In this document: positions 42,545-54,562 of the stretch, in pieces
How the letters are laid out: each line of letters begins with the position of its first letter
How positions within the stretch are numbered: the first letter of the stretch is position 1
Assembly: GCA_963695095.1 (NCBI GenBank)
Contig: CAVOFT010000001.1
Coordinates: 3,168,001-3,232,000, forward strand
Source: an uncultured bacterium
GTDB taxonomy: Bacteria; Krumholzibacteriota; Krumholzibacteriia; JACNKJ01
DNA length: 64,000 nucleotides
Direction of reading: 5' to 3'
Notes under the pieces: model-generated
Told to the model about the DNA's origin: nothing
Databases searched by the model: none
Seen by the model: the letters and a program-made list of their open reading frames with translations, nothing else
Position numbers and translations under genes: made by a program

Positions 42545-42809
42545 GGCCCCCTTTGTACGCGCCGGCCGGCGGCGGGTCAACGAAAAGGCCGGCGCAAGCG
42601 GAAAGCTCCCACGGCGAAGCGGATTGGGCAGGCCGCCTCCGACGAGCCCGGCGGGCACCCGGCCTTCCCGGCCGGCTCCGGGCCGGCCGGCGCTTACCCG
42701 CTATGCCGACCCGCTTTGCCGCTTGCGCCGGGCGCCTTCCGCGCTGCGCGGAGATGGGGTATACTGAGCCCGTTCACCCCTCATTTCGGCCGCCAGCAGG
42801 AAGGTCCCC

Positions 42810-44124
42810 GTGCGCTATCTCCTCCTCGTCCTCGCCCTCGGCCTCAGCACCGCACCGGCCCTCGCGCAGGATCCCTACATCGTCAGCCTGCAGAACCAGG
42901 TCGATCGCCTGCGCATGCTCAACAACATCAAGTGGCTGGAGAACATCGGCGATCCCGATCCCGCCGAGCCCGCCCAGGGCACGCGCTTCGTGGGTTCCGA
43001 GCTCGCCCGCACGGGGTGGATCGTGAATGCCCTGCGTGACTCCCTGGTCAGCTACGGCTGGGACGTGGGCCTCGAGCAGTTCACCATCGTGCACGACACG
43101 CTGGGCACGGTGCCCTGCTGGAACGTCATCGCCCGCCGCGACGGACAGAATGCCGACGCCACCATCATCATCGGCGCGCACTGGGACAGCATCAACAGCC
43201 GCAGCTCCCCCACGAGCTGGGACGACCCCGAGGCCCCGGCGCCCTCGGCCAACGACAACGGCAGCGGCGTGGCCACCCTGCTCGAGATCGGCCGCATTCT
43301 CGGCAACAAGCCGTTTCGCCAGGACGTCGAGCTCTGCTTCTTCGGCGGGCGAGGAACTCTGGATGCGCGGCAGCCGTCACCACGTGGACCGTCTCATGGC
43401 CGCCGGCATCAACGTGGCCGGCTACTTCAACGTGGACATGGTGGGCTACGATTACACGCCCGACGCGCAGCCGCCCACGGGCTGGGACATGAAGCTCTTC
43501 TACGACACGCAGAGCACCTGGTTCAAGAACCTCGTCGTGACCTGGATCAACCAGTACAGCGACATCAACGTCGCCGTCGACCACGTCCATTCGTCCTGGG
43601 CCAACAGCGACGTCTTCCCCTTCTGGCAGGCCGACCGCCCGGCTGTGGGCTTCTGGGAAGGCGACGACCATGCGCCCCAGTACGACAACTGCTGCGACAC
43701 CTACCAGAACAGCTACGTCATCGACACCCAGCACAACCTCGCGCTCGGCCGCTTCCTCGAGGAGATGTGCCGCACGGCCCTCGCCGTCTTCTGCGAATGG
43801 AATGTCGCCAACGTGCTCCAGGGATCGGCGGTGGAGCCGCTGCCCGGCAGTTTGGCGGCGCTCAGCGCCTGGCCCAACCCCTTCCGGGCCGGCGAGGGAG
43901 CCAGCCTGCGCCTCACGCTGCCGCCGGGCGCGGGCGAGGCCGCGAGCGTGGAGATTTACGATGTCGGCGGCCGCCGCCTGCGCGCGCTCAAGCTGGACGG
44001 CACGGGCGAAGCCCGCTGGGACGGCCGCGACGACAGCGGCGCGGCCCTGCCCGCGGGCGTGTACCTGGCACGGCCCACGGGCCTGCCCGCGGCGGCCTCG
44101 CAGCGGGTCGTGCTGCTGCGATAG
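42810..44124 (+). CDS. Secreted M28 metallopeptidase with FlgD-Ig/T9SS-like CTD (1-nt frameshift near 43348)
   Basis: GAHWDS, ANDNGSG, GEE (restored by removing one G in GGCGGGCGAG), NVDMVGY, SDVFPF; WPNPF...GVYLAR...VVLLR. Confidence 0.88.
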
Positions 44125-44129
44125 CAAGC

Positions 44130-44194
44130 GGAGGCCCGGGGACCTTCCCCTCGCGCGCGAAACAACGCGCGCTCGAGTAAGGTCCCGGGCCTCC
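44130..44194 (+). repeat. Hairpin repeat, copy 1
   Basis: Core CCCCTCGCGCGCGAAACAACGCGCGCTCGAG (44147-44177) inside stem GGAGGCCCGGG...CCCGGGCCTCC. Confidence 0.85.
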
Positions 44195-44270
44195 TCACCC
44201 ACACCAGCAGCACGCCTGCAACGCCCCAGCGGGCAGGCCCGCGGTACATCCCCGCGCGGGTCGCCCCTGC

Positions 44271-44373
44271 CCCGGCACGGCATGAACGGGCGCGGCCTGT
44301 TGCCTTCTCGAGCGCGCGTTGTTTCGCGCGCGAGGGGAGGCAACAGGCCGCGACTTGTCCGCGTCGGGCCGGG
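44271..44373 (-). repeat. Hairpin repeat, copy 2
   Basis: Same core inverted (44307-44337) inside CGCGGCCTGTTGCCT...AGGCAACAGGCCGCG, with outer CCCGGC...GCCGGG. Confidence 0.85.
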
Positions 44374-45954
44374 TCAGAGGCGGTAGGCCAGTCGCATCTG
44401 GATCAGATTGCCGGCGCCGATGTCCCCGCCCGTGTGCCCGATGGTCCCCTGCAGGTCGAGCGCCCGGCTCAGGCGCCAGCCGCCGTGGAGGCGCAGCCAC
44501 TGGCCCTCCTGGTCGGCCATCGCGCTTTCGGCCTCCACGCCCTCGTAGCGCATGAGGCCGAGCCCGAGGCCCAGGTCGAAGCGATGCCCGAAGGCGCGGC
44601 TCAGGTCCAGGCTCGGCACATGGCTGCGCGCGAAGCGGCCGTCCGCGTAGGCGTAGTGCAGCGCGGCCTCGACGCCGCTGCCCGCGATGTCCCCCACGCC
44701 GAGATCGCAGCTCGCGAAGACGGGGCGCTTGTCCTCGTCCTCGCGGTCGCGATAGCCGAGGCTCGCGCCCAGGCTCACGCGGTGCGGCAGGCGCAGGGTG
44801 GCGCCGCCCTTGAGGCCCTGCTGCAGGCTCCGCGCGTAGAGGCTGTCCGGGATCTCGCGCGTGAAGAGCGTGCGCACGGGCTCCCAGCGATCGTAGCTGA
44901 GGCTGAGGCGCAGGCAAGGCCTGGCCTGCAGGTGGAGGCCGGCATTGAAGCGGCTCAGCGTCGTGCTCTCGCCCGCCGCCTCTTCGCGCCAGTCGCGGTT
45001 CAGGTCCAGCTCCGCGAGCTGCTGCAGGGTGACGCGCCCGTAGCGCAGCGTGTTGCGCGTGCTCAGGAACTCGCGGCTCGCGAGATGGCCGTCGTACTGG
45101 CCCACCCAGCCCAGACTGCCGCGATAGGCGTTCGCCCCCGGGGCGCCAGCCGAGTACAGCAGGTAGCTGCCGTAGCCTTGCTTGTCTCTGTCGAAGCTGC
45201 TGTCGGCGAGCCCGGGCAGGCTGCCGGCGAGTGCGCCCACGGACCAGCGCGGGTTCAGGCGCACGCGCAGCTCGCCGCCGTCCCAGTTGCCCGCGCCGGG
45301 CAGGTCGCTGCTGGTGAGTCGCCCCGCCGAGGCCCGCAGGCGGCCCTGGGGGCAGTTCCACACGAGCGCCGCCTCGTAGACGCGGTGCAGCCACTCCTCC
45401 TTGGGCCGCTCGCTGTCCAGCGCGCGGCTGCGCTGGTTCTGCTTGCTGCGCAGGTGGAGGCGGAATTCCAGGGGCTGGCCCCAGAGCCGCTCGGCCTTGA
45501 GTCGCGCGGCGAGGGCCGGCTGCGTGAAGTCTTCCTCGGCGTCGCTGTCGTCCGTGAAGCGCCGCCACTCGACCGCCAGTCGGCCGGTCAGAGTGAAGGG
45601 CGGCGCGCCGGCGGGCTCCAGCGCCGGCTTGCCGTGGAGCGGCAGATCCGTGGGAATGGGCTTGCCCTCGCTGCTCGCGAGGCGCAGGCCGCTCTCGGCG
45701 GCCAGCGGCCCGCTCGCGGCGAGCACGGTGCAGGAGGCCGAGTGCGGCGCCGCGTAGGCCACCTGCAGTGTGGCCAGCGGCGCGCCGTCGCGCTCGAGCG
45801 TGACGAGGTCGCCTTCGGCGAGGCCGTCCACGGCCCCCTTGTCGATGTAGACCGAGGCGTCATTCAGGTGAAGGATGGCCGTCTCGGTCGTCGCCGCGCT
45901 GCTTGCGGCCAGGGCGAGAAGGCCGAGCGCCAGCATCGTCGTCGCGCGCTTCAT
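44374..45954 (-). CDS. Putative outer-membrane beta-barrel protein coupled to the multiheme cytochrome
   Basis: Signal peptide MKRATTMLALGLLALAASSAA; small N-terminal beta domain (VYIDKGAVDGL); amphipathic alternating strands; C-terminal MRLAYRL; ATGA overlap with the cytochrome gene. Confidence 0.75.
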   Translation of the reverse strand: MKRATTMLALGLLALAASSAATTETAILHLNDASVYIDKGAVDGLAEGDLVTLERDGAPLATLQVAYAAPHSASCTVLAASGPLAAESGLRLASSEGKPIPTDLPLHGKPALEPAGAPPFTLTGRLAVEWRRFTDDSDAEEDFTQPALAARLKAERLWGQPLEFRLHLRSKQNQRSRALDSERPKEEWLHRVYEAALVWNCPQGRLRASAGRLTSSDLPGAGNWDGGELRVRLNPRWSVGALAGSLPGLADSSFDRDKQGYGSYLLYSAGAPGANAYRGSLGWVGQYDGHLASREFLSTRNTLRYGRVTLQQLAELDLNRDWREEAAGESTTLSRFNAGLHLQARPCLRLSLSYDRWEPVRTLFTREIPDSLYARSLQQGLKGGATLRLPHRVSLGASLGYRDREDEDKRPVFASCDLGVGDIAGSGVEAALHYAYADGRFARSHVPSLDLSRAFGHRFDLGLGLGLMRYEGVEAESAMADQEGQWLRLHGGWRLSRALDLQGTIGHTGGDIGAGNLIQMRLAYRL

Positions 45955-47408
45955 CGCGGCACCTCCCAGCGCTTGCCGGCAAGCACGTCGTGCCAGCCTG
46001 TCGGCGTGTGACACCACTCGCAGCTCGTGGGCAGGCCCACGTCCTGGTGATCGGGGTTCTGCGTGCCGGCGTAGTCGGCCGAGTGGCAGAGGAAGCAGTC
46101 GGAGGGCATGCCGGCGTAGATCCCGGACGTGTGGCAATCCAGGCACTCGGCCTGGGCGTGCTGGCCCACCCCGCCCGGGAAGCCCGACGCGGCATGCGCG
46201 TAGCTGTCCACGCCCTCGAAGCTGGTGGGCGTGTGGCAGAGCAGGCAGTCCGTCGGGAAACCGCCGGCCACGTGCGGCGGGTTGTTCGCCCGGTGGCAGG
46301 CGAAGCAATCGTCCGGCGCGGGCAGGGCCTGGCCGGCCACATGGCAGCTCGCGCAGTCCACGCCGGCGTGGCCCTGCGTGAGCGGGAAGCTCGCCGTGTG
46401 CACGAAGCGCGCCTCGTTCCAGAACAAGTGCGAGACCGAGTGGCACTGCTGGCAGTCCATGCCGAAGCCCACCGCGGCGTGGTCGGGGTTCGCCGTGCCG
46501 GCGTGATCAGCGGCGTGGCAGGCGAAGCAGTCGGTCGGCAGGCCGACGAACTCGTCCCGCTGCACGCTGGTGTGGCAGGCCTCGCAGTCGATCAGCGCGT
46601 GGCGGCCCAGCAAGGGAAAGCGCGTCTGCTGGTGCTCGGTGAGGCGGAAGGCCGAGAGCTTCCAGTCGTGGGGCGTGTGGCAGCGCGCGCAGTCGAAGCC
46701 CAGCTCGCCGCGATGGGCGACATCCTGGTGGCAGTCCGCGCAGCGCACGCCGACGCGGGCGAAGCGCGTGTCCTGGTGGCACTCGCTGCAGGCCGCCTCG
46801 GCGTGGGCGCCCTCGAGGACGAAGCCGGTGGCCGCGGCATGGTCGAAGGTGGACGGCGTGCGCAAGTCGGCGAAGCGAGTCGGCTGGTGGCAGTCCGCGC
46901 AATTCAGCGCGCGGCCGTGCGGGCTCTCGTGGCAGCTCGCGCAGTCGGCGTCCAGGCCCTGGAAGCTGTGCGCCGGGTTCTCGCGGTCGCTGGCCCCGGC
47001 CGCCATGCGCTCCATGTTGTGGCAGCGCTCGCAGAGCAGCTTGGCGTGCGTGCCCGTGAGCGTGAAACCCGTGGGGGCATGATCGAAGCGGCGCTTGCTC
47101 GCCTCGTCGCTCCAGACGGCCAGGCGCTGGCCCTCGGCCTCGTGCTCGCGGTGGCAGGCGCCGCAGTCCTGCTGCTTGCCGATGACGCTGGTGTAGTGGT
47201 AGCCGGCGCCCCGGGCCAGGCCCTTCTCGATGGCCGTGTGGCAGCCGAGGCAGTTGGCGCGATCGATGGCCGGATCGCCCTCTTCGACATGGCAGCTCAG
47301 GCAGGCGTCCTCGCCGAGGACGCCCTTGTGCATGTCCTGGGCGGCGGCCCCGCCGGCCGCCAGGACCAGGCAGAGCGCGGCAAGTATAAGTCCTTTCACG
47401 GCTTCCAC
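45951..47408 (-). CDS. 18-heme c-type cytochrome (six c7-like triheme repeats); start may be GTG 47399
   Basis: 18 CxxCH motifs counted by hand; recurring H...F.L.G.H...CxxCH units; signal peptide. Confidence 0.93.
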   Translation of the reverse strand: MEAVKGLILAALCLVLAAGGAAAQDMHKGVLGEDACLSCHVEEGDPAIDRANCLGCHTAIEKGLARGAGYHYTSVIGKQQDCGACHREHEAEGQRLAVWSDEASKRRFDHAPTGFTLTGTHAKLLCERCHNMERMAAGASDRENPAHSFQGLDADCASCHESPHGRALNCADCHQPTRFADLRTPSTFDHAAATGFVLEGAHAEAACSECHQDTRFARVGVRCADCHQDVAHRGELGFDCARCHTPHDWKLSAFRLTEHQQTRFPLLGRHALIDCEACHTSVQRDEFVGLPTDCFACHAADHAGTANPDHAAVGFGMDCQQCHSVSHLFWNEARFVHTASFPLTQGHAGVDCASCHVAGQALPAPDDCFACHRANNPPHVAGGFPTDCLLCHTPTSFEGVDSYAHAASGFPGGVGQHAQAECLDCHTSGIYAGMPSDCFLCHSADYAGTQNPDHQDVGLPTSCEWCHTPTGWHDVLAGKRWEVPR

Positions 47409-47551
47409 TCCCGGGCTGGGGTTGCCCCGCGGCGGACGGCCAGTCCGGTCCGCAGGTTCGGCCGCCGATCAGAGTAGGACAAGCCTGTCCGGGAGGAAAG
47501 GACAATTTCAGGCAAGGGAAGCAGGATTACCCGGAATCGCCGCCGGGGCCG

Positions 47552-47655
47552 ACCCGGCACGGCCCCAACAGACGCGGCCTGCTGTCTCCTCGAGCGCGCG
47601 TTGTTTCGCGCGCGAGGGGAGATGGCAGGCCGCGTCAATTGAGGGCGTGTCGGGT
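47552..47655 (-). repeat. Hairpin repeat, copy 3
   Basis: Same core inside GACGCGGCCTGC...GCAGGCCGCGTC (47571-47636), with outer ACCCGGCAC...GTGTCGGGT. Confidence 0.85.
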
Positions 47656-47658
47656 GAG

Positions 47659-48960
<1,302 letters not shown>

Positions 48961-49119
48961 CGACTGCTCCTGAGCGCTGGCGGTGATCGGGGAGCCCCGG
49001 GCGGGCCGCCCCAGGGGGCTAAGCGGACATTGGGATAATGATACTCGCTGGCGGCCCGGCTGCAAGGCACTAGGCCCTGGGCGCGCTTGGGCGCCGACTA
49101 TCGCAACTGCGGGTCGCCC

Positions 49120-50220
49120 CTATTCCGGTTGCGCGTGATCGGCGAGCAGGAGGCCCAGCTCCGCGCAGGCCGCGAGCAGCTCGCGGGGGCTGCCGTAGGC
49201 CTCGCGCAGGGCTTCCCGGCCCAGACGCCCCTTGTGGGCCAGGATGAGCAGGCGGCCCTCGCGGCTGTCCCCGGCCCGCTCCCGAAAGCGACGGCGGCGC
49301 TGGCCGGCCGCTAGCGCCGCGAAGCCCGGCTCGGTCTCCAGCTCAGCGAGCAGCCCCCGGCAGCGCCGGCCCAGGCTCTCGAGCAGGAGGTCCAGGCCGG
49401 CCTCGGCCCGGGCCTGGAAGCGGTGCAGGCGCTCGCGGCGCTCGGCCAGGCCCGCGGGCAGGTCCGCGCGGCAGTCGATCTCGTCGAGCAGCGCCCGCAA
49501 CTCGGACCAGCCGAGATCGGCGTGGGCGGCGAGGTCGAAGCGGCGCAGGGCTCCGTAGTCCTGTCGCTGGAGCTGCCAGTAGCGCGCCCCCGCCTTCACG
49601 CTGATCACCTTGAAGGCCGGGAGCAGGAGGCCCGTGAGCCGCCCGCCCCGGCAGCAGCCCGTGTCCAGACCCCAGATGCGCTCCGCGTGCACGAAGGGCT
49701 TGCCCGTCTGCAGATAGTCGAGATGGCCGACGATGAGCGGCAGCTCGCCATCGTAGAGCTCGTACCAGGGTCGCTCGTGCTGCGACCAGAGCCGCTCGAG
49801 GCCGCCGGGCAGGCCCGTGAGCACGTCCGCGCGCTGGCGCGCGAGAGGACGGCCCGGCTCCCAGTAGGCATGGACGACCAGGGCCTCGTCCAGCGCCCGG
49901 GCGCGGGGCAGGCCGGCCATGTAGCGGCAGGCTTCGCGGTAGTCGCCCTCGCTCCACTGCAGGCGGGCCAGCTCGTGGGCAAGGCCCAAAGGCGTCCGAT
50001 CGAGCGAGCCCTCGAGGTGGCGCTCCTCGTGGTTGCCGCGCAGGCTGGCGGCCTGCGGCGTGTCGCGGAAGAAGGCGAGCACGCGCGGCGAGTCCGGCCC
50101 GCGGTTGACGAGATCCCCCACCGAGAGGATCAGGTCCTCCGCGCCGGGCCCGGCCTTGTCGAGCAGGGCCTGCAACTCGGCCCAGCAGCCGTGGATGTCG
50201 CCGATGACGAGGGTGCCCAT
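49120..50220 (-). CDS. PPP/ApaH-like metallophosphoesterase with helical C-terminal extension
   Basis: GDIHG, GDLVNRGP, RGNHE, VHA, VGH, LDTGC. Confidence 0.88.
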   Translation of the reverse strand: MGTLVIGDIHGCWAELQALLDKAGPGAEDLILSVGDLVNRGPDSPRVLAFFRDTPQAASLRGNHEERHLEGSLDRTPLGLAHELARLQWSEGDYREACRYMAGLPRARALDEALVVHAYWEPGRPLARQRADVLTGLPGGLERLWSQHERPWYELYDGELPLIVGHLDYLQTGKPFVHAERIWGLDTGCCRGGRLTGLLLPAFKVISVKAGARYWQLQRQDYGALRRFDLAAHADLGWSELRALLDEIDCRADLPAGLAERRERLHRFQARAEAGLDLLLESLGRRCRGLLAELETEPGFAALAAGQRRRRFRERAGDSREGRLLILAHKGRLGREALREAYGSPRELLAACAELGLLLADHAQPE

Positions 50221-50259
50221 GCCGGCACTCTGTGCGCCGCGCAGCGCCCGGGCAAGCCG

Positions 50260-50294
50260 AAAAAAGGCCCCGGCGCGGATCCGGCGCCGAGGCT
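50260..50294 (-). terminator. Intrinsic terminator downstream of the C25 gene
   Basis: GC hairpin followed by a T6 run on the minus strand. Confidence 0.7.
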
Positions 50295-50311
50295 CATTTC
50301 GCAAGCGAGTT

Positions 50312-50354
50312 CGTGTCCAGGTCGCGCGCGTTGTTTCGCGCGCGGGAGGACGCG
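50312..50354 (-). repeat. Hairpin repeat, copy 4 (short)
   Basis: CGCGCGCG-TTGTTT-CGCGCGCG inside CGTGTCC...GGACGCG. Confidence 0.75.
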
Positions 50355-50362
50355 GCGGCGCG

Positions 50363-53300
50363 CTATTTGACGAGCAGCATCTTGCGCTGGATCCGCTCCG
50401 CGCCCACTTCCAACCGGTACAGGTAGACGCCCGTGGCGACCGCGGCGCCCGCGCTGTCGCGGCCGTCCCACTGCAGGTTATGCCAGCCCGCGGGGAACTC
50501 GCCTTCGGCAAGCGTGGTCACCTCGCGGCCGCTCACGTCGAAGATCGTGAGCCGGACGGCCGCGGGCGCCGGCAGACCGAAGCTGATCGCCGTCGTGGGA
50601 TTGAAGGGGTTCGGGTAGTTCTGGCCCAGCGCCAGCGCGGCGGGCGCCGCGTCGGCGGCGGTGCCGTCGCTGTTCACGATGAGCATCACCGGCACGAGCA
50701 GCGGTCCGGCGCTGGTGTTGATGGCCAGCGTGGTCTCATAGCTGCCGATGGCCAGGCCCGTCGCATCGAAGTGGAGCAGGATGCCGGCGCTGCCGCCCGC
50801 GGGCACGCTGCCCGTGCTGCCGATCGCGCCGAGCCAGCCGGGCAGGGGCGCGGTGTCCAGGGCGAAGTAGAGCAGCGAGCCCGCAGCGCCCGTGTTCTGC
50901 ACCTGCAGCGTGCGGTCGGTGCTGCCGCCGATCCACAGCGTCGTCTCCATGCTGGCCGGCAGGGCCGTGGCCTCGGCGATCAGCGCGTCGTTCAAGGGCA
51001 GGAAGCGGATGGCGCGGTTCGCCACCGGATTGCCGGCCGAGGCCGGGTGCTGGTTCCAGTAGCTGATCAGCAGGCCGTCCGTGCGGTCGCCGTTCATCAT
51101 GCCCACCGTGGCATAGCCGTTCTCGCTGTCGACGTTGTTCACCAGCTGGTACTGGAAGATGAACTCGCCGTCGCCGGTCGCCGTCGGGTAGAAGGCCGGA
51201 TCGAGCAGGATCAGCTCGAAGTTCTCCTGCGAGTTGCCCCAGTCGTTGCGCAGGCGGCTCCACTGCACGATGTAGCGGTGGTTGGCCGTGTCCGACAGGT
51301 AGTACACCAGGTCGCTGCCGCTCTGGTAGAGGTTGTCCCAGAAGGGCGCGATCATGTAGGGCGGCCCGCCCACGCCGGGAAGCGGGTAGTTGCGGAAGCC
51401 CACCAGGTAGGTCGAGCCCATCGCCACCCAGCCGTTGGAGCAGATCGAGATGTCGTCGAAGTCCTGCCCGAAGTAGCGGAAGGTGAAGGGCAGGGGCAGC
51501 GTGTTCGTGTCGTCCGAGCTGCCGAAGTCCGTGAGGCCGACGCTCGTGCCCGCGCCGCCGTAGTTGGGCGCGATCTCCACCCAGTTGTAGACGGGCGCCT
51601 GGGGATGGCTCGTGTCCGTGCTCTCGAAGGCGTAGTAGCCGTAGGCGCTGGGACCCGTGGGCGAGCCCAGGCTGGCGCTGCCTACCGTGAGCTGGAACTC
51701 CACCTCTTCGATCGCGCGCTCGTTGTAGCTGAGCAGCAGGCTGAAGCTGGCCAGATGGCCCGGGAAGGCGGCGCTGGACACGCTGAGGGTGAAAGGATCG
51801 CCGGCGTTGTTCCCGCCGGCGCCGAGGGCGAAGTCCGGGAAACTGCCGACAGGGTCGCCGACCGTCACCCAGGGACTGTGGCTGACGAGCGTGGCGCTCA
51901 CCCCGCTGGCGACGGCGCTGCCCGTGTTCTGCAGCGTCAGGCTGAGCGTGCCGCCCTCTCCGGGATCGAGGCCCGCGCCGCCGCTCCAGGCGAAGCTCTG
52001 ATAGTCGAGCGCGGCGCTCGCCACGTCGAGGCGGAGCAGAGAGGTCCAGGTCGACAGGCCGCTGGTGACGGTGACCACCAGATCGACGAGATGGCCGTTG
52101 GGCGCATCGGGCGCGAGGGCGAAGAGGAAGGGCGCATCGCCCCAGACCGTGCCGCCCGCGGGGATGTTCGCGAAGCCCTGCGTTGCTTCCAGGATGCTGA
52201 CATAGGGGTCCGTGCTGCCCAGCTTGGCGCTGACGTTCGTCGCCGCGTTGCTGCCGAGGTTCTCGAGCGCCAGGGCCAGCTCGATGCGCTCGCCGGGTCC
52301 GAGGCGGCCGTCGGCATTGCCGAGGCTCGCGCCCGCGGCGTCGTCGTCGAGCAGGTGATCCGCGAGGGTCGCGTACATCGCCTGCGGGGCGATGTTCATG
52401 CTGCCCAGGTGCGCGAAGAGATTGTGCCCCGACACCGTGACCAGCAGCGCGCCGGCGCTCAGGTTCGTGGGCAGCGGCAGCACGACCTGGCCCTGGCCAT
52501 CGGTGTAGCCCGTCTCGCTGAGAACGCCGCTGCGGTAGAGCGTGACGCGGGCGTCGGCGACGGCCTGGCCCGCGCTCCGCACGCTGACGGGAACGGCGTT
52601 GGCGCCGGGCGGCAGCGTCGGCGGATAGCTGACCGTGAGCGGGGCGGGGTAGCCCGTGTACATGTCGGTGGCCGGATCGCCCATCAAGTTGTTCCACACG
52701 GACCAGATCTCCACCCGGCTCGGCTCCGCGAGCTGATAGGTGCGATAGAGCTCGAGCTTGCCCCGCGTGTGCGCCACGCCGAGGCGGTGATCGCTGCCGT
52801 TGATGGCGCCGTCCCAGCAACCCTTGTAGTAGGTGTTGTTGTAGCGGGTGTGCGTGCCCCAGGTGGCCGTGCCGACCGCGCCGATGCCACCGCCGTTGGG
52901 CGCCTTCGTCCAGGCCTCGGAGATGGCCGTGGCGTCGCTCTTGAAGGAGCCGGTGCCGCAGGTCACCACCACGGCGAAGGGCAGCTCGCCCCCGTTGCTC
53001 AGGGCCTGGATGGCGCTGCTCGTCATGCCGCTCATGTTGAGGTAGCCGCGGTAGCCGAAGACGGTGAGGCCGGCGTTGGCCTGCTGCGTCATCTGGCTGG
53101 CGAAGTTGCCGCTCCAGATGGTGTCCACCTGCGTGTAGCCATGGTCGAGGAGCTGGGTCTTCACCCACTGGTTCACGTAGACCACGCCGATCCCCGACTG
53201 GCTGGGGTCGCCGCAGAGGCTGGCGCGGGTGAACCAGCCGCTGTCGGCCAGCGGCGGGTTGGTCTCGTAGTTGAGGATCTTGGCGACGATGATGTCCAGC

Positions 53301-54356
53301 TCGGTCGTGCTGCGATAGCTGAGGCGCCCGATGTGCACGTCGGCGAGGACGTCGCCGCCCGCCAGCGTGGTGTAGTAGTGGTCGCCTTCGCCGTTGTAGC
53401 CGCTGAGCGTCTCGTTCCAGGTGTTGACCAGATAGGTGCTCGAGGCGTCCCCGGCCAGGGTGACGAACTCCAGCGGCGGACTCACCGTATCGTAGATGTT
53501 CTGGATGTAGTTTTTGATGGCGCCGGTGGTCGTGCCCGTGGTCGGTGGTCGACACCGCGAGGACGTGGTAGCCCTGGCGCAGGCGCAGATCGATGAGCGG
53601 CTGCAGGCGCGTGAGCACGCCGGTGACGTTGGGATAGATGAGCAGATAGGTGCCGGGACCCACCGGCGGATCGCCGGCGCGGTAGAGCTCGCTCTGCTCG
53701 AGGTTCACGACGAGGTCGCGGTAGAGCCGGTCGAAGGACTCGGGGATCAAGGTCGGGCGCTCGGTCAGCGGCGCGGCGGGATCCGGCGTGAACTCGATCT
53801 CGATCTCGAGGCGCTCGGCCACGCGCAGCTCGCCGCTGGCGGGATCGTAGCCCACCGGCTGGAGCGTCAGCGGCACCAGGCGCAAGGCATTCATCGCGCC
53901 CGGCTCGCCGAGCTGGGCGCCGGGCGCCGTGGCCTCACCCGAGGCGTACCAGCTGCGATCAATGACGAAGCGATCGGCGCCGTCGGGCTGCACGGGCAGC
54001 ACGCGGAAGCCGGCGAAGCGCCGCTCGCTCGGCGTCACGGCGACCAGGCGCGCGCGCATGCCCGCGGGCAGCGCGATGAAGCGCGTGAAACTGGGCAGGC
54101 CGGCCCGGCCGTCCTCGCCCGCGATGGCGCCGTCGGCGAGGGTGAGGGCCTGGTAGGTGGCGCCCTCGATGCTGAAGTCCTCGACGGCGAGATTGACCAG
54201 CTCGCAGTCGAGCTTCAGCCTGTCGACGCCGGCCTCGCGCACCGTGAGCACGGGGGCCTGCGCCGCCGACGGCGCGCAGAGCTCCAGCGCGAGGGCCGCG
54301 GCGGGCAGGGTCAGGGAAGCGAGGGCGAACAGGAAGCAGGTAGCAGTTCTCCGCAT
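50363..54356 (-). CDS. Secreted C25 (gingipain-like) protein with propeptide, Ig-like domains and FlgD-Ig/T9SS-like CTD (frameshift near 53544)
   Basis: Signal peptide and C25 propeptide (G.AGLP...FIALP), YLLIYP, LAGD, HIGRLS, KILNYE, VTCGTGSF, NLMGDPA; NYPNPFNP...GVYLYRL...KMLLVK. Confidence 0.88.
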
Positions 54357-54562
54357 GGGGATCCTCCGTGGCTGACGGATGCGCGGGGGCCAGGCTGCAG
54401 TGTCGATGGTGGAAGCGCTCCATTATACCCTATTCCTGGCAGTTTTGGATAGCCTCTGCTTGCAGGGACTTCCTCAGCGGGGTGGGGCTTTACCTGACCG
54501 CGCGGCCTGCTATACTGGCCCCGCCCACTCCATCTGCACCCGACACCCAGGAAACGAGGTAG

